Of a stretch of 64,000 nucleotides of DNA, positions 13,810 through 27,299 are shown piece by piece. Below the pieces are notes generated by a model that was given only the letters and a program-made list of their open reading frames with translations, was not told the origin of the DNA and made no database searches. This DNA comes from Lama glama (lineage: Eukaryota). The stretch spans positions 41,976,001-42,040,000 of the forward strand of contig CM052817.1 of NCBI GenBank assembly GCA_028534125.1, in the 5' to 3' direction. The position numbers and the translations under genes were made by a program. Numbering within the stretch: position 1 is the first letter of the stretch; every line of letters begins with the position of its first letter.

Positions 13810-16800
13810 ACTTGCTGCCTGGCTTCAAGGAGCATGGTTAACTGACAGCTTTTAGTTAACTCTTTCTTGGTCAGCCTCAGCAATTGAGCAGACGTCCTGC
13901 TGTTCTTGGGGTAGCCTTCACAGATCACTGAAAAAGACAATGGTTCAAAGACCTATATCCCCCAAATGTGGGACCCCTTCAACAGGCAGTCTCTGCTTTG
14001 CAGACCTTCCACTGATCTGGCAGAGACTGCCAAGTGGGCATTAAGGTCTGACAGCTCACCCTATCCAATCTTGCTTCCACCCTTTTCCTTTTATGTTTAT
14101 TACTCCCAGTTAGCCTTTTGAATTCTTAAGTCATTTCTGTGTCTGCTTTCCAAACAGTCCAGTCTGTGACAGGTTGTATCTGGAGTAGCCTGAGACAGAA
14201 GCCAGTAAGATGGGGTTTGGGAACTGGATCTCTCACCATGAACCCTCTAGTAATGAGATCCAAAGCCCTGGAAGTAAGTGGCATGCAGACAACCCCAGCA
14301 CAAGGTGGCAGTCCAACTGTTAAAACGTCCTCATGTGGTAAGCTGGAATGCTATGCAATTAGACTGGAATGTCTAAGCCAATGGGATGATTTGGGCATCT
14401 GAAATATATAGAGAATGATAAATATAAGAACAATGCAATTAGATAATTATTGCTAAATTGCTTCGATGCCCTATAAGTTAATAATGCAAGGCTAAGAGCA
14501 ATTAACCAACAATTGCAGCAAAGCAAGAAAGCCAAAGAGGTCCTCATCTCATGCAGTGGGAAAGTAGAAAATAAAGATCAAGCACAGGACTTGATAGGCA
14601 CAGTGGCTAAAGTCCAGAGACAACTGGATGCCAGCAGGGGCAGGTCTGCTACATCAAAATCAGAGTTCTGATTAGGAAAATCTGGGATCCTGACCCATGG
14701 AATAGAGACAACTGAGTAGCTGCTCCTGAAAATTTTGACCTCCCCAGACCTCTGAATCTTCTGAACCTAAAGAAGTAGCCTAGCTTTCTCCAATAAGATC
14801 TAGGAAACACCCACCATCAGCAGCAGCAATGCAATAAGAAAACAGAGTCCTTTCTCCCATAAGACATGTGTCCACCTCAGGAGATATCCCACTTCCACTT
14901 CTGACCACCAGGCCTATAAAAGGGTTAAGTCACAGCCAGGGACACATCTGGTAAGTAAGGAAAGGAACATGATTCCAAAGGAGCTGCAAGACCAAGACAA
15001 CACATACTAGCAGGACTGGGGGAGTGCTCATGGGACTAGATTCTGTGGATTCTACACAGGGAAGCCAGACATAAGACTGAACAAATCAGTTTGTTGACTT
15101 GCAGCACTCTCTCAGAACACAAGATACAGCATTTTGGTAAGGACCCCAGAAGATGGGATCACTTACCTCATTGTTAGGGTGACTCCAAGGAACCTGGAAC
15201 AAGTAATGGCCCACAACAAGTACAACTGAAATGCCTAAATTGCAGGAACAAATTTTGAGGAATAAATTAAAAGGCTTAGGAAAATGGGCATGCTACAATG
15301 GACATATTCTGTGAGACCAGAAGATCCACTACAGGATTATGGCCCATGGAAGGACACAGAGGACACCCAGTCACCAAGGCCATCAGAAATGTGCTTGTCA
15401 GAATGGCACCAGAATCACTAAGAAAGAAGTTCAGTAATGGCTCTCCAATGCAGGCCAGGGCTAAATGTAAAAGAGCCTGTCACAGACCCTGGCTTGCTGA
15501 GAAGAATGGGAATAATGGTGTCTTGATGTAATAGAAGCTAAGAGGTGGAGCTTAACCACAGGAATCCAGATGCTTGTAATTATTGTAAAGACCCATGAGG
15601 TTAGAGTGGTTGCCAAGGTTAGGGAACCTACAGAAAGTTATAGAGTTGGTTTATTGAACATGGCATTCCTTTGGGCAAAACAGATGGGCAGCCAAAAATG
15701 GTATTATTCAATTTGTATCACAATAAGAAATCAAAGTTGATTATCTGACACTGAAGGCAGTCATCCCAATAGAAAGTCAGGATGTCTTGCCCAGTATCCA
15801 TACCTGATCCAGTTTTCAGACTAAGAACCTGTTGACTGAAGAAGTTACCAAGTCCTAAAGGGATGGACCTGTAAAGCTATATAAAGTATCCATTACAATG
15901 ATTCCCTCTTTTCTTCCCCAAAAGGACCTTTTAACCATTTACTTAAATGAGTAGACACTAAGGAAAGGAGAATACCCAGATAGCTGATAGACTATTGGAT
16001 GCAAGGTCATAGCTGAGATTGGTATCTGGAGATCCAAAGCATCATCATGGTCCTACTGCTAGAGTAAAGACATATGGAGGTCTAAGATAACAAATGGAGT
16101 CGTGGCCAAGGGTTGGTTTATAATAGGTCTACTGTGTCCATGGATCCACCCAGGGATAACTGAGTCGAATTTCTAATTTAGACTGTCATACTTAGCAGTT
16201 GGCATAATCCCCACACTGGATCCTGGAGAATGTAGACAACCACAAGCTCATCTAAGTAGCAGTCTTGACTGCAGGTGCCATGCTGGCTGCTAGAACAAAT
16301 TAATATGACTTCAGGTACATGCTATGTAGCTACTGATTTGGTGAGTGAATTCTTTTCTATCCCAATCGGGAAATGAGGTCAAAATCAATGAATTCACATT
16401 AAACAGACAACAATATTCACCCACAGTTTTGCCTCAAGGCTATACTAACTCTCTATCATCTGTTATAATGGAATCTGGTCCAACTGGACATCCCACAAAA
16501 CATCACATTGATTAATTTCATCCGTGACATCACAGTGATTGGAAGAATGAACAAGAGGTAGCTGTCACATTGCTTTTATAAGACATACTCTGGAGGACAG
16601 ATAAACCCTACAAAAAGTGGGGTCTGTCATTTCATAAGTTTTCCAGGCTATGCCAGCAGCAAAGACCAATACTGAGTCCCTGGTAGGGCCTATTTCTCAA
16701 GGAGAACAATGGAGTTAATCTGACTACACTGGGCCCTTTCTGTCTCCAAGGGGACAAAAGTTCACTACCACAAGAGTACTTACCTATTCCAGGTATGAAT

Positions 16801-18016
16801 GTGCCTCTTCTGTCTCCCTTGGCCTCAGCTGGAACCACCATCTAAGTGCTTACAGAATGCCTAGTCCACGGCAGGGAATCCAATACAACATAGCATCCCA
16901 ATCAGGGAACCCACTCTACAACAAAGAGGTGTGGGAGGGAGTTCATGACCGTGGGATCCTCTGGCCACATCACATACTGCCCCATTGGAAGCTATCAGCC
17001 TGAAAGTGTTGGAACGGCCCAGTGAAGGCACAGCTGAATCGTCAGCTTAGGGGCAATATTGTTCATGGGTAAGGTGCCATCTTTCAGAACACTCTCACCA
17101 GGGAAAACAGCAAGTGTCTCACTGAACTGAAAACCATGGCTGCCACATGAGCACTTTGGGCTTCTTATGCCCAAGGGCCAGCAGGCAAGAAGCAGGGGCA
17201 CTATCTTGTGAAGAGTAATTGTTGCTGATCAGTTCAGGGGACTGCTGTTATAGAACGGGGGTGCAGAGTAACAAGTGACAACTCACTCGGGCAACTTTTG
17301 ATATTCCCTTACAGAATTTTAAATGAGAATGAGAAATGCAGCAACCCCAGGCAAGGGAGGGTAGGGTTACCAGGGCCTCCTCATTCGCATGATTGAGACT
17401 CAGAGAGGTGACAGCTGAAGGTACGGAACTTAGGATAGATAGCAGAATGAGATGATGAGAACCAGCTCTGGCCCTCAAACCAGCAGTGATGGGGACTGTA
17501 GCTCATCTCACTAACTTTCCCCTTCTGAGTCTCCTCTCAGGGAGAGAGGCCCTCGGTGCTCTGGAATTGCTGGTCCCTACACGCACAAAATGGATCTGAA
17601 CATCACGAGGGGCAAACTGTGGCAGGCACAGGACACATCACTCAGACACCCCAGGGAGAAAGGCCTCACCACCTGGCTGTGAGGAGTGCTGAGCTGATAG
17701 CCTTCAGCCTGTAACCTTTCCAGGGTCTGCCTCAGTTTCAAGCTGAGCTCACACTTTCGAGGGACAGCCCCAGCCAATGGCTGGGTACAGTCGGGGCACT
17801 AGGGCCTGACATTTCACCCAGTGTGGGACTCCTTTAATGGACAACTCTCACTCTGGTGCTTTCTGCTGTGCTGAGAGAGTCCATGTTACTTTGGCATCAA
17901 GATTCTGACCTTGCTTAGCGCTGTTTCCTAACTTTTCCTTTCACAGGTGTTACTTCCCCAGCAAGCCTTCTGTACTCCTCTCATTTTCTGCTTCCTGGAG
18001 AAGCTAATCTGTGACA
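13810..18016 (+). mobile_element. Decayed ERVL (class III) provirus with both LTRs (LTR16/ERV3-16A-like): 5' LTR ~13810-14171, internal 14172-17617, 3' LTR 17618-18016
   Basis: Two related LTRs that both end TCTGTGACA. Internal remnants of protease (~15990-16080), RT (DL..FFSIP, VLPQGY.NS; ~16330-16540) and integrase (LTECL..GI...IAS.QGTH; ~16850-16920). All are broken by stops and frameshifts. Confidence 0.8.
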
Positions 18017-18780
18017 AGCCACACTCTTAGGTGCCAGCATTTCTTGAAATGGGTGCTCTGTAAGTGCTAGAGAAGAGGGTTGTGATCTACCTGGGGCTGC
18101 TCACCCACACAGCACAGAACTGTGTACGATAATCTGATAGTAGAATCAAGTGTTTCCAAGTTGGTACCTGTTGGCATGTTTTCAAAGTGATCCTCACGCA
18201 AATATGGGCACAGGACATATTTGGTGTCCACACTCTGCTGGCCCTGCTGCCAATAACACAATGGACCTGGCAGGGAAGGAAACAAAGTAACTCCCACATG
18301 GGACAAGAGGAAACATATGGGGCCCATCCCCACAAAGGAGATGAGGAGATGTGCAGATGAAAAGGCTTCCGATTCTAGCAGCTCTGGGTGGAGTAAGTAG
18401 TCTGATGACTTCCACCTCTGGCCAGTTAAAGACACGACTACATAGAATAAATACTCATTTTGATCCAAACACAAAATGGACATGTACATAGATAGAATTT
18501 ACTCTTTAGACATGACCAACTCCTCTTGATATACAATAGGACACATCTCTAATAAAACATGAATATATATTAATTCCTTATAAAATCTCGCAAAAAACTC
18601 TATACTTCTACTTCTGACTGATAAACATTTATTGATACCTACAGAAAGAGAAGACTCCCCTGATGTTTTATATAAGACACATCACACGTATACATGTACT
18701 TTGCATCATTTCAATTTTCTGTGAATAGAAGTCAAGTGTAATTGTGCTGAATAAATCATTGAAGTTTTATATAAATTACC

Positions 18781-19387
18781 TTTGGTAAGAAGAATGGCCC
18801 CTTCAGGGATGCCAATGCCTTAAGCCTTAGAACCTGTTAATATGTTACATTACATAATACAAGGGACTTGGCAGATGTAAGCTACAGACCTTAAAACAGG
18901 GAGATTATCATGGATTATCTAGATAGACCCAGCGTGATCACATGAGTCCTTAGAAGGATGGATCTTTCTGTGACTGAAGTCAGGAAAGACACTGCGTAAG
19001 GAGAGGTCAGATAGATGTAAAGGTTGGTACAATCCTGCTGGAGGGTGACCACATGGAGAGCATAAGAAAGAACATGGGAGCCTACAGGATCAAAGATGAG
19101 TCCCCTGATAGACAGATGACAAGGAAACGAGACCTCAGTCCTAAAATCACAAGGAACTGAAATTGGCCTAAACAAGTGTAGAAGTAGACTCATCCTCAGA
19201 GCCTCCAGAGAAGAACTCATTCCAGCCAACACCAGGATTTCAACCTTGTGATACACCGAGCAGAGAACCCAGCTGAGCCACTGTGCTCTGACTTCTGACC
19301 TACAGGACTATGAATAAATACCTTTGTGTTGCATTAAGCCACTAATTTGGTAGTAATGTGTTATGGCAGCAATAGAAAACTAATATG
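18781..19387 (+). mobile_element. MaLR solo LTR (MLT1-type)
   Basis: GGGAGATTATCATGGATTATCTAG..; ends GTTATGGCAGCAATAGAAAACTAATA. Confidence 0.85.
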
Positions 19388-20213
19388 TTACAGAATGTCA
19401 GTATATTAAATTCCAATACTCTACAGTTCTGAAACACAAGAACCACTAGAACGATCAATTAAAATTGCACATTCCCAGAGCCAATTCACATTCTACTACC
19501 AAATGTTATTTTTATAATAAATATATGGGAGACTTCAACCCATAATTACTGGGTATTTTTTAAATGTTATCTAAGAATAATACACCCATTTCTAAGTAAT
19601 TATCCTCTCCAACATTTACAAATTTAGCATTCATTTTTAAAAAGTAAATAGACAATTACTTTGTCAAGTCTTTTTCCAAATGTCTTATTACTTTAGGTGT
19701 ACATCTCTTTCTTAATATATTTAACGTATTTTATTAGATTCATATTTTATACAACCATGTATGAGTCACATTAACAAAAGCCAGTGATCGTTAATAGAGT
19801 TCAATGAACTGATGTTTACGAAAATGTGAGAACATAAATGATGCCAAGGATTTAGGCCTCAAAAGTACAAAGAACTCCAAAAAAAAAAAAAAAGTACAAA
19901 GAACTCTAAGGCAAAAGTCACTCACGTTTCTAGTATATAACTACGTAAAGTCAATAATACTGAGTTATGTTTTAACAAGACTTTATTGGTATGATGGCCA
20001 TACTTAAACCAGTAGCTCAAAGTTGCACGTGGCCCTCTTGCAACCATATCACAGTTCTTCTGGTTTCTGATCTGCAAAACACATGCTCAGAATATTCCAA
20101 GTCCCACCTGCTCCAACCAACGTTTCTAAATTACAACAATGCCAACCAAACTGGATTTTTCCAGAGACTCTACAATATAATATGAAAGCTGAATTTGGAA
20201 CATGGACACTTAC

Positions 20214-20344
20214 GTTTTCTGAGTTCTTTGAGCCAATCTTGCAATCTCTATAGCTGCTTTCCTTGCTTCAAAATCTTCCCTTTTTACCACCTCTCCAGTC
20301 CCTCGGTAGCCTAGCTCCACCAACTGGCGGGCCAGGCCTTCATC
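20214..20344 (-). CDS. CFAP299: CFAP299 coding exon 2, 131 nt: DEGLARQLVELGYRGTGEVVKREDFEARKAAIEIARLAQRTQK + 2 nt
   Basis: Read by hand (absent from the ORF track). Acceptor TTTTTTTTAG|GAT at 20345, donor AAAAC|GTAAGT at 20213. In frame with exon 1, no stops, continues the CFAP299 protein. Confidence 0.96.
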
Positions 20345-22039
20345 CTAAAAAAAATATTAATTGTTGGATTTGCAGATGAATGAGACATCTTATTTTATCC
20401 AATGTATATGAATAATTGTTTGAAACGAAAAATCAAATGCATTATTTAAAAAGGAGACAAAATCTATTAAATACAAAAAGAATTCTTTCTAACAATACTT
20501 TTATAAACATGACTTGTCATCCCTTTCCCAGAGATGTAAAACCAAAAAAATAATAATAACATGAATCGTAAATAAATTTTCTCTAAGGGACGGGAGGACA
20601 AAAGTCTGTTGTGTTTTTAATCAATTTATAAGAACAGCTGTAGATAATTAATAAAGTATCTTTAAAACAATAAAACTAGAGACAATAGTATTCACACAAA
20701 AAAAGATTTTTTAAAAACCAATTGCACAAAAAGAAAATTGGGTTGCTTTCAGAAAGTTCAACATTTCAGACTTATTTCCTTGAAGTCAATTAACTGATGA
20801 CACAGAGCATTATAACTTCAAATACAAAATAAAAAGCAGATGAATTTCCCATCTGAGTAGAAAGATACTGTTTCCATATAATGTTGGTACCAATAAAAAC
20901 ACAAAAGTAGAAACCCAAGAAGATGACCACAAAAAGTTTCAAGCTGAAAACAAAATCTCCCCACAATCCTTTAGACCTTTTATATTTTACTTTAAGAATT
21001 GTCTCACACATTTCTGCCACTTGCATAGCATATTCAAAAAAGAATACCATTTCCCCATAATTTGAAGAGGTGACATTTTACTTGAAGTTACTAATATAAA
21101 GGCTAATTTAATGTACTATGAGTATAAAGTGTTACATAAAAATATGTATATGTTAACAATGGCCCTTACATTATCATCTTAAGCATGAATGTCTGAAATA
21201 TGATGAAAACAGCATATATTTTACATTTATCCTTACTTAATACATCACTGAATGCAAGAATTATCTAACAGAATTAAATGAGAAAACTTAAGATGCATGG
21301 CTAATAATCTATTCAACCCATAGTGACTACTTTAAAGTTCAAACTATTTAAACAAAATAGAAAACTTGCTACTTTGCTTTGCTAAACACTCGAAAGCAAA
21401 TACTGAACTCTACAGCAATATGGATGCATCTGCCAAGTTAATACAATGAAAAGCACCAGGCTTTGGGAGGCTCCTTGCCTTCTTCCTGACTTGTTCTCCT
21501 GCTTATTATACCTGCTATTGCAGGCTTCTTCAGTGTGAACCACAAAACTAAGCAAATGCCTCCACCTAGTGGAATTAATATTTAACAGAGAAAGCAATGC
21601 AGACTTGGAGTTTGATTTACAAAAGTGAGACAATTTGAGTCTAAATTTTCTTAAATATATTACTGAAAGTGAGCTTATGGGAAGAACTCACAGCTGATCT
21701 CTGAGAGACTGTGGGGCTCTTCTAGTGCAATGTAAGTTACTTGTGGTCAACAGTATTTTCTACGATAAAGGCCGTTAAAACGTTGCTGTATTAACTTTGT
21801 ATATGGAGTGAATTACACATTCCTGTGTGCCTTCCCTGGGCCACACGAAATCATCTGGATAGCCCTGCACTCATCGACACTACTGTAAACTGCGACAGAT
21901 GACAAGACCCGCTGAAAAAACAACTAGGAAGTTGAAGTTGGAGTTTCCCCACTTAACCATTATCATGCTCTAACTGGTGGAATCACAAGTCATCTCTCTA
22001 AATGGCCAATTATCTTTAAAGAAATTATCTTTAAAGAAA

Positions 22040-24318
22040 CTGAGAAACAAAACATTTTATTTATTCACATATTTAGCATTTCTGGTGATTTTCATTCCTT
22101 TGTATAGACCCAAGTTTCCTAGTGATGTATGATTTTTCCCTCTATCTAAAAAACTTTCACAATTCTTATAATAAAGGTCTGCTAACAACAAATTATCTTG
22201 GCTTTTGTTTAACTGAAAAAAATATTTATTTCACCTTAATTTTTTTGCGGCTTTATTGAGATATAATTGACATACAGCACTGTGTTAAGTCTACGGTGTT
22301 CAGTATAATGATTTGACTTACAAACATCATGAAATGATTACAAGTTCAGTGCACAACCATCATCTTATATAGATACAAAATAAAAGAAATAGAAAAAGTA
22401 TTTTTTCCTTGTGATGAGAACTCTTAGGATTTACTCTCTTAACAACTTTCATCTATAACATACAGCAGTGTTACTTATATTTGTCATTTACATTACATCC
22501 CTAGTACTTATTTCTCTTATAACTGGATGCTTGTACCTTTTCACTGCCTTCATTCAATTCCCCCTCACTCACCCTCAACTTCTAATCTGATCTCTTTTTC
22601 TATAAGTATGTTTGTTCGTTTTTAAGGATAATTGATCTATAATACTAAATTAGTTTAGTATAAATACTAAATGTGTTAGTTCCACTAACACAACAGAGTA
22701 ATGTGATACTTCTATACATTGCAAATTGATGACCACAACAAGTCTACAGATTTTACATAGTTGTGGACTTTACTCCCCATACTGTACATTTCATACCGTG
22801 ACTCACTCACTTCCATGCAGCCGGAATTTTGTACCTCTTAATCTACTGCCTCTACTGAGATGATCATATGATTTTTATTCTTCAGTTTGTTAACATGCTG
22901 TATCACACTGATTTATTTGTGGATACTGAACCATTCTTGCATCTCTGGGATAAATCCCCCTTGATTATGGTGTATGATCCTTTAAATGTACTGTTGTACT
23001 CAATTTGCTAATATTTTGTTGAGGATTTTTGCATCTATGTCCATCAGTGATATTGACCTGTAATTTTCTATTTTTGTGATATCTTTGTCTAGTTTGGGTC
23101 TCAGGGTGATGCTGGCCTCACAGAATGAGTTCAGAAGCATTCCTTCCTCTTCACTTTTGTGAAGTATTTAAGTAGGATAGGTGCTAACTCTTCTCTGAAC
23201 GTTTGGTAGAATTCGCCTGTGAAGCCATCTGGTCTTGGACTGTTTTTTTGGGGGGAGTTTCTTTTATCACTGATTCAGTTTTGTTACTGGTGATTGGTCT
23301 ATTCATATTTTCTTTTTTTTAATTGGTTCAGTCTTGGGAAAGTATTAGGTTTTCAGAAATTTGTCCACTTCTTCTAGGTTGCCCATTTTATTGGCATATT
23401 GTTGTTTGTAGTAGTCCTTTGCTCTTTATGATTCTTTGTATTTCTGCTGTGTCCATTGTAACTTCTCTTTTTTCATTTCTGATTTTATTTATTTGGGCTT
23501 TCTCTCTTTTTTCTTGATGAGTCTGGCTAAAGGCTTATCAATTTTGTTTATCTTTCAGTGAAACAACTCTTATGTTTCATTGATCTTTTCCTTTTTTTTT
23601 AAGTCTATTTCATTTATTTTTGCTCTGATCTTAATGATTTCTTTCTTTCTACTCACTTTGAGTTTTGTCGGTTCTTCTTTTTCTAGTTCCTTCAGGTGTA
23701 TAGTTGGGTTGTTTACATTTGAAATTTTTTTTTGTTTGTTTCCTGAGGTAGCCTTATATTTTTATACAGTCCCTCTTGGAACTAATTTTCCTTTGTCCCA
23801 AAGATTCTGGATTGCTATGTTTTCATTCGTATTTGTCTCCAGGAATTTTTTTCTCTTTGATTTCTTATTTCACTTTAATTTTTGAAAGATGTATTGGCTG
23901 GATTAGTGTTCCAGGTTGACTTTTTACCTGGAAGCCCTTTAAAGATGTCATCCCATTGTCCCATGGCTTATACTGTTCCTGATGAAAAGTTCAATTTTTA
24001 CTGCCTTTGTTTCTGTCTACATAATGTGTCGAATAAACTATGTAGATTTAGATTAGATTCCCTTAAGATTTTACTCATTTCACTGGTTTTCAGCAATTTT
24101 ACTTTAGAGTTCTTTAAGATTTTCTCTTTATCACTGGTTTTCAATAATTTTAAGATATTCCTTGGAGTGGTTTCTTTGCATTTACTCCCCTTGGAATGCA
24201 GTGTATTCCTTGCCCTATGGATTTATAGTTCTCACAATATTTGGAAACTTTTTAGTCATTATTTTTTCAAATATATTTTATTCCCTATTTCTCTCTAATC
24301 CTTCTGGGATTCCAATTA
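22040..24318 (-). mobile_element. Nested L1 fragments (reverse strand)
   Basis: T-rich reverse ORF2 text (TTGAGGATTTTTGCATCTATGTCCATCAG, CCTGTGAAGCCATCTGGTC) and a reversed 3' end at ~22240. Confidence 0.85.
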
Positions 24319-24810
24319 CTTTTTTTTTTTTGGAAAGGTAAACATATTACCATTTTTTTATTAAACTCTAAAACTCTAATGGTTTTGACTATAACAGTTC
24401 ATCCTAGTAAAAACCAGTGATTAGCCATGATAGTCAAGGCATATAAATAAAGCAGTAATCTTCTATTAAATGTTAATGTTTCTTTTCTCACGTGATCATG
24501 AGTTACTAACTTTTGGATGTTAGCAGTTTGGGAGTTTTAGTTATAAGCTGGCATCATGCAAAGCAGAACCCTGAGATAGTTCACCCCTAAAGAAAAGACT
24601 TCATTAATACACACAAACTATAAAACAACATGTGGCAAAGGTAGACTCTACCAAGTAGGAAGCAAATGTCTACGGAAGACTTAATTCTGAGTAGACTGTT
24701 ATTCTGAGATGAATTCTTCTTCTCTCAGCTGCTGGGATCAACATATGGCCCCAAGGATGTGCAATGGAATGGCACCTGCAAGTTTCTGCAGCCTTGGTCC
24801 TTGATGTTGG
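24319..24810 (-). pseudogene. Possible retroposed mRNA 3' end (source unidentified)
   Basis: A T13 run interrupts L1 sequence. AATAAA on the minus strand (24357-24362) lies about 25 nt from the tail. The following sequence is not repeat-like. Right boundary uncertain. Confidence 0.4.
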
Positions 24811-25976
24811 ACTGGGATTCCAGGGTTCCATGCCAGAAGCCTGTGTAGCTGCCTCAGATCTCAGGTTCCCAGAAGGTTATGGATTTGCATATTCACAGTT
24901 TATTTCCCTTACTGGTTTTAGGCTATACCACCCCTCTATACAGCCTTTGTGCCAGAGCCAATTCCTTCCTCTATGTGGCTGTGACCCTGATGCAAGAGCC
25001 TTGTACAATGTTTCTCTGAGTGGATGGAAGCAAGGTGTAGATAAGGAAATGAAGTTTGTGTGTTATCAGGTGGTGTGAGCCATACTCTGTATGGAGGAAT
25101 ATGGGACAAGGGGCATCCAGCATCCAGGGCACTCAGTTGTTTCTCATCCGAAAAGAAAAAAGAAGAAAAGTCTATAACCACTAGAACACTGAGCATTGCC
25201 CCACAGGAGACCAAGGTTCTGTTAGCTTTTGTTTGTGTCTTTTGTTATGTTGTTTATTGCTAGAGAAGAGAGTTACTGTTGTAGCTCAATCTTAGATTTC
25301 TTTACTAAACTCACTGATTTGTTCTAGTAAGTTCCAGTTAATTTTCTGGCATTTTCATTGTAGATAATCAATTATTACCTACAATTAATAATATTCTGAC
25401 TCCTTCTTCCAAATATTTATGATACTTTTCTTTCATTATAGCATTGCTTTGGCCAGACTGCCAACAGAAAAGCTGAGTATCAGCAAGCACTTTTATCTTG
25501 TCTCTTATTCAAAGGCTAAACTTTCAAATGTTTAACAACCGAATATGCAGTTTACTACAAGTATTTGCTATATACTCTTTCTCAAGTTATGATGAGTGAG
25601 GTTAGAATTTTATCCTACACTTTTTATACACCTGTAGAGGTTATCATAGAATTTTATTTTTTAATTTATTAGCGTCATGAGCTCATCCTTGCATTCCTAT
25701 GATAAATCACACCACTTAAGAATAGCCTTTACTAGTCTCTGATCTATTATTTCTTAATATAGTCTTAGATTCATTTTCCATTTCTTCTCATCTAGTTCAT
25801 AGGTAAAATTAGTCTTTAGCTTTCCATTTTGTGCTATCCTTTTCTAGACTGATGTCAGGGTTACACAAGTCCTATAAAATGATTTAATAAAATCACATGC
25901 TTTTCTTTTTATTAATTTTTAATTATACAAGTCAGACATAAATATATTCTCCTTGTGAAAATTAAAATGTGGCAGA

Positions 25977-26960
25977 TGTAGTGAATTTGTATTCTGTCAA
26001 CTTGGCTAAGCTGGAGCTGATTTTCCATAATTTTCCCCTGTTAGATAGTTACAGATTAGGTTGGGCTACAAGAGACATTTGCAATAGGTCTGGAAGACAC
26101 AAGACGAGCAGCCTTATTGTTCTAGCTCTTGCAGGATCTTCTCCTTCACCTCCTACAACTCCTGGGCTAGGTGCATGACTACGTTTATCCCTTTGAGTAA
26201 AGGTGTCTGCTTCTTCTGCAGATGTCCCCTACCATCAAAGTTGGAGGTGCGGAGGAGGTAAGCGTCTAATCCAAGTTCCATTTTGTCCTTACGAATTCTA
26301 GCTCATCATTGCAGGTCTGTTTGCCCTTGCTTCCTCTACTTTTCATGTACCTTCCCTTCATGGCCATCTGTCCTGATGACTTCAAGCTCCAGTACCAGAC
26401 ACCAAGGAAACAGCCTTTCATGGACCATTTAAATTGTTCTCATAATTGTGTAAGGTCAAATATCTACTGAAAAATTATATACATATGACACACATATGTC
26501 TACATATACAAATACATACGTGTGTGTGTGTGTGTGTGTTCTAATTTTCTGACTGAACCCTGAATGAGTCACAATTAGCTACTGGCAATGGTTCCAAAGG
26601 AATAGAAATTCAAGGATGGGTTCTCTGAATTGGTTCTGGGTTACCTGGAATTGATTCTCTCATCTTATTAAAGGTATTATAAACCCTGATTACAGTAGGA
26701 AAGCCTATACTATAGTCAGTGAAATGCAGAGGCAAGTTATTTAATTTATCACCTTTAGAGACTTGTAATTAAGACAGGGTTTGGGGTAACCAGGTGTTGG
26801 CTACCAAAGGATAACTTAGTGTTAATAAGAAATATCATGGCATTGGTTGCTTCTAAGTGTGCTGAAGGCCGTGGGAAAAGAAAATGAGAAACTCAGGGCT
26901 TGAGGTTTAGCCAGCCACTTGGTAGCAGGTTAGTTACATTGGATTAACCCCATCATGAAA
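25977..26960 (+). mobile_element. MLT2-type LTR (~25977-26572) with adjoining ERVL internal fragment; contains (TG)n near 26520-26539
   Basis: Starts TGTAGTGAATTTGTATTCTGTCAACTTGGCTAAGCTGG, ends CTGACTGAACCCTGA.., followed by ERVL leader-like text. Confidence 0.65.
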
Positions 26961-27299
26961 GGGAAAAATACTTGGTATAGTTTCATGATTTTTAAAAGCT
27001 TTTTCCCACAAATGATATTATGTCATACATATGCAACTTCTCATATAATTATTGATTATTTTAGTGTCTATATGAGAACTACCTGTTTGTTAAATTTGCT
27101 CATTTTCAATTAGACTTTATTTATTATTGATATATAGGGCTTTATTCTATATAGCAAGTCTTTGATTATGCATTTTGCAAATATTTATTCTCAAGCAGTT
27201 GCTTGCCTTTGGTTTTTGTCATATACAGTTTTAAATTTTTGGCATAGAAATTGCATATCAAACCTTAATAAAGTACATAGAAAAAACTGCATCATTGCA

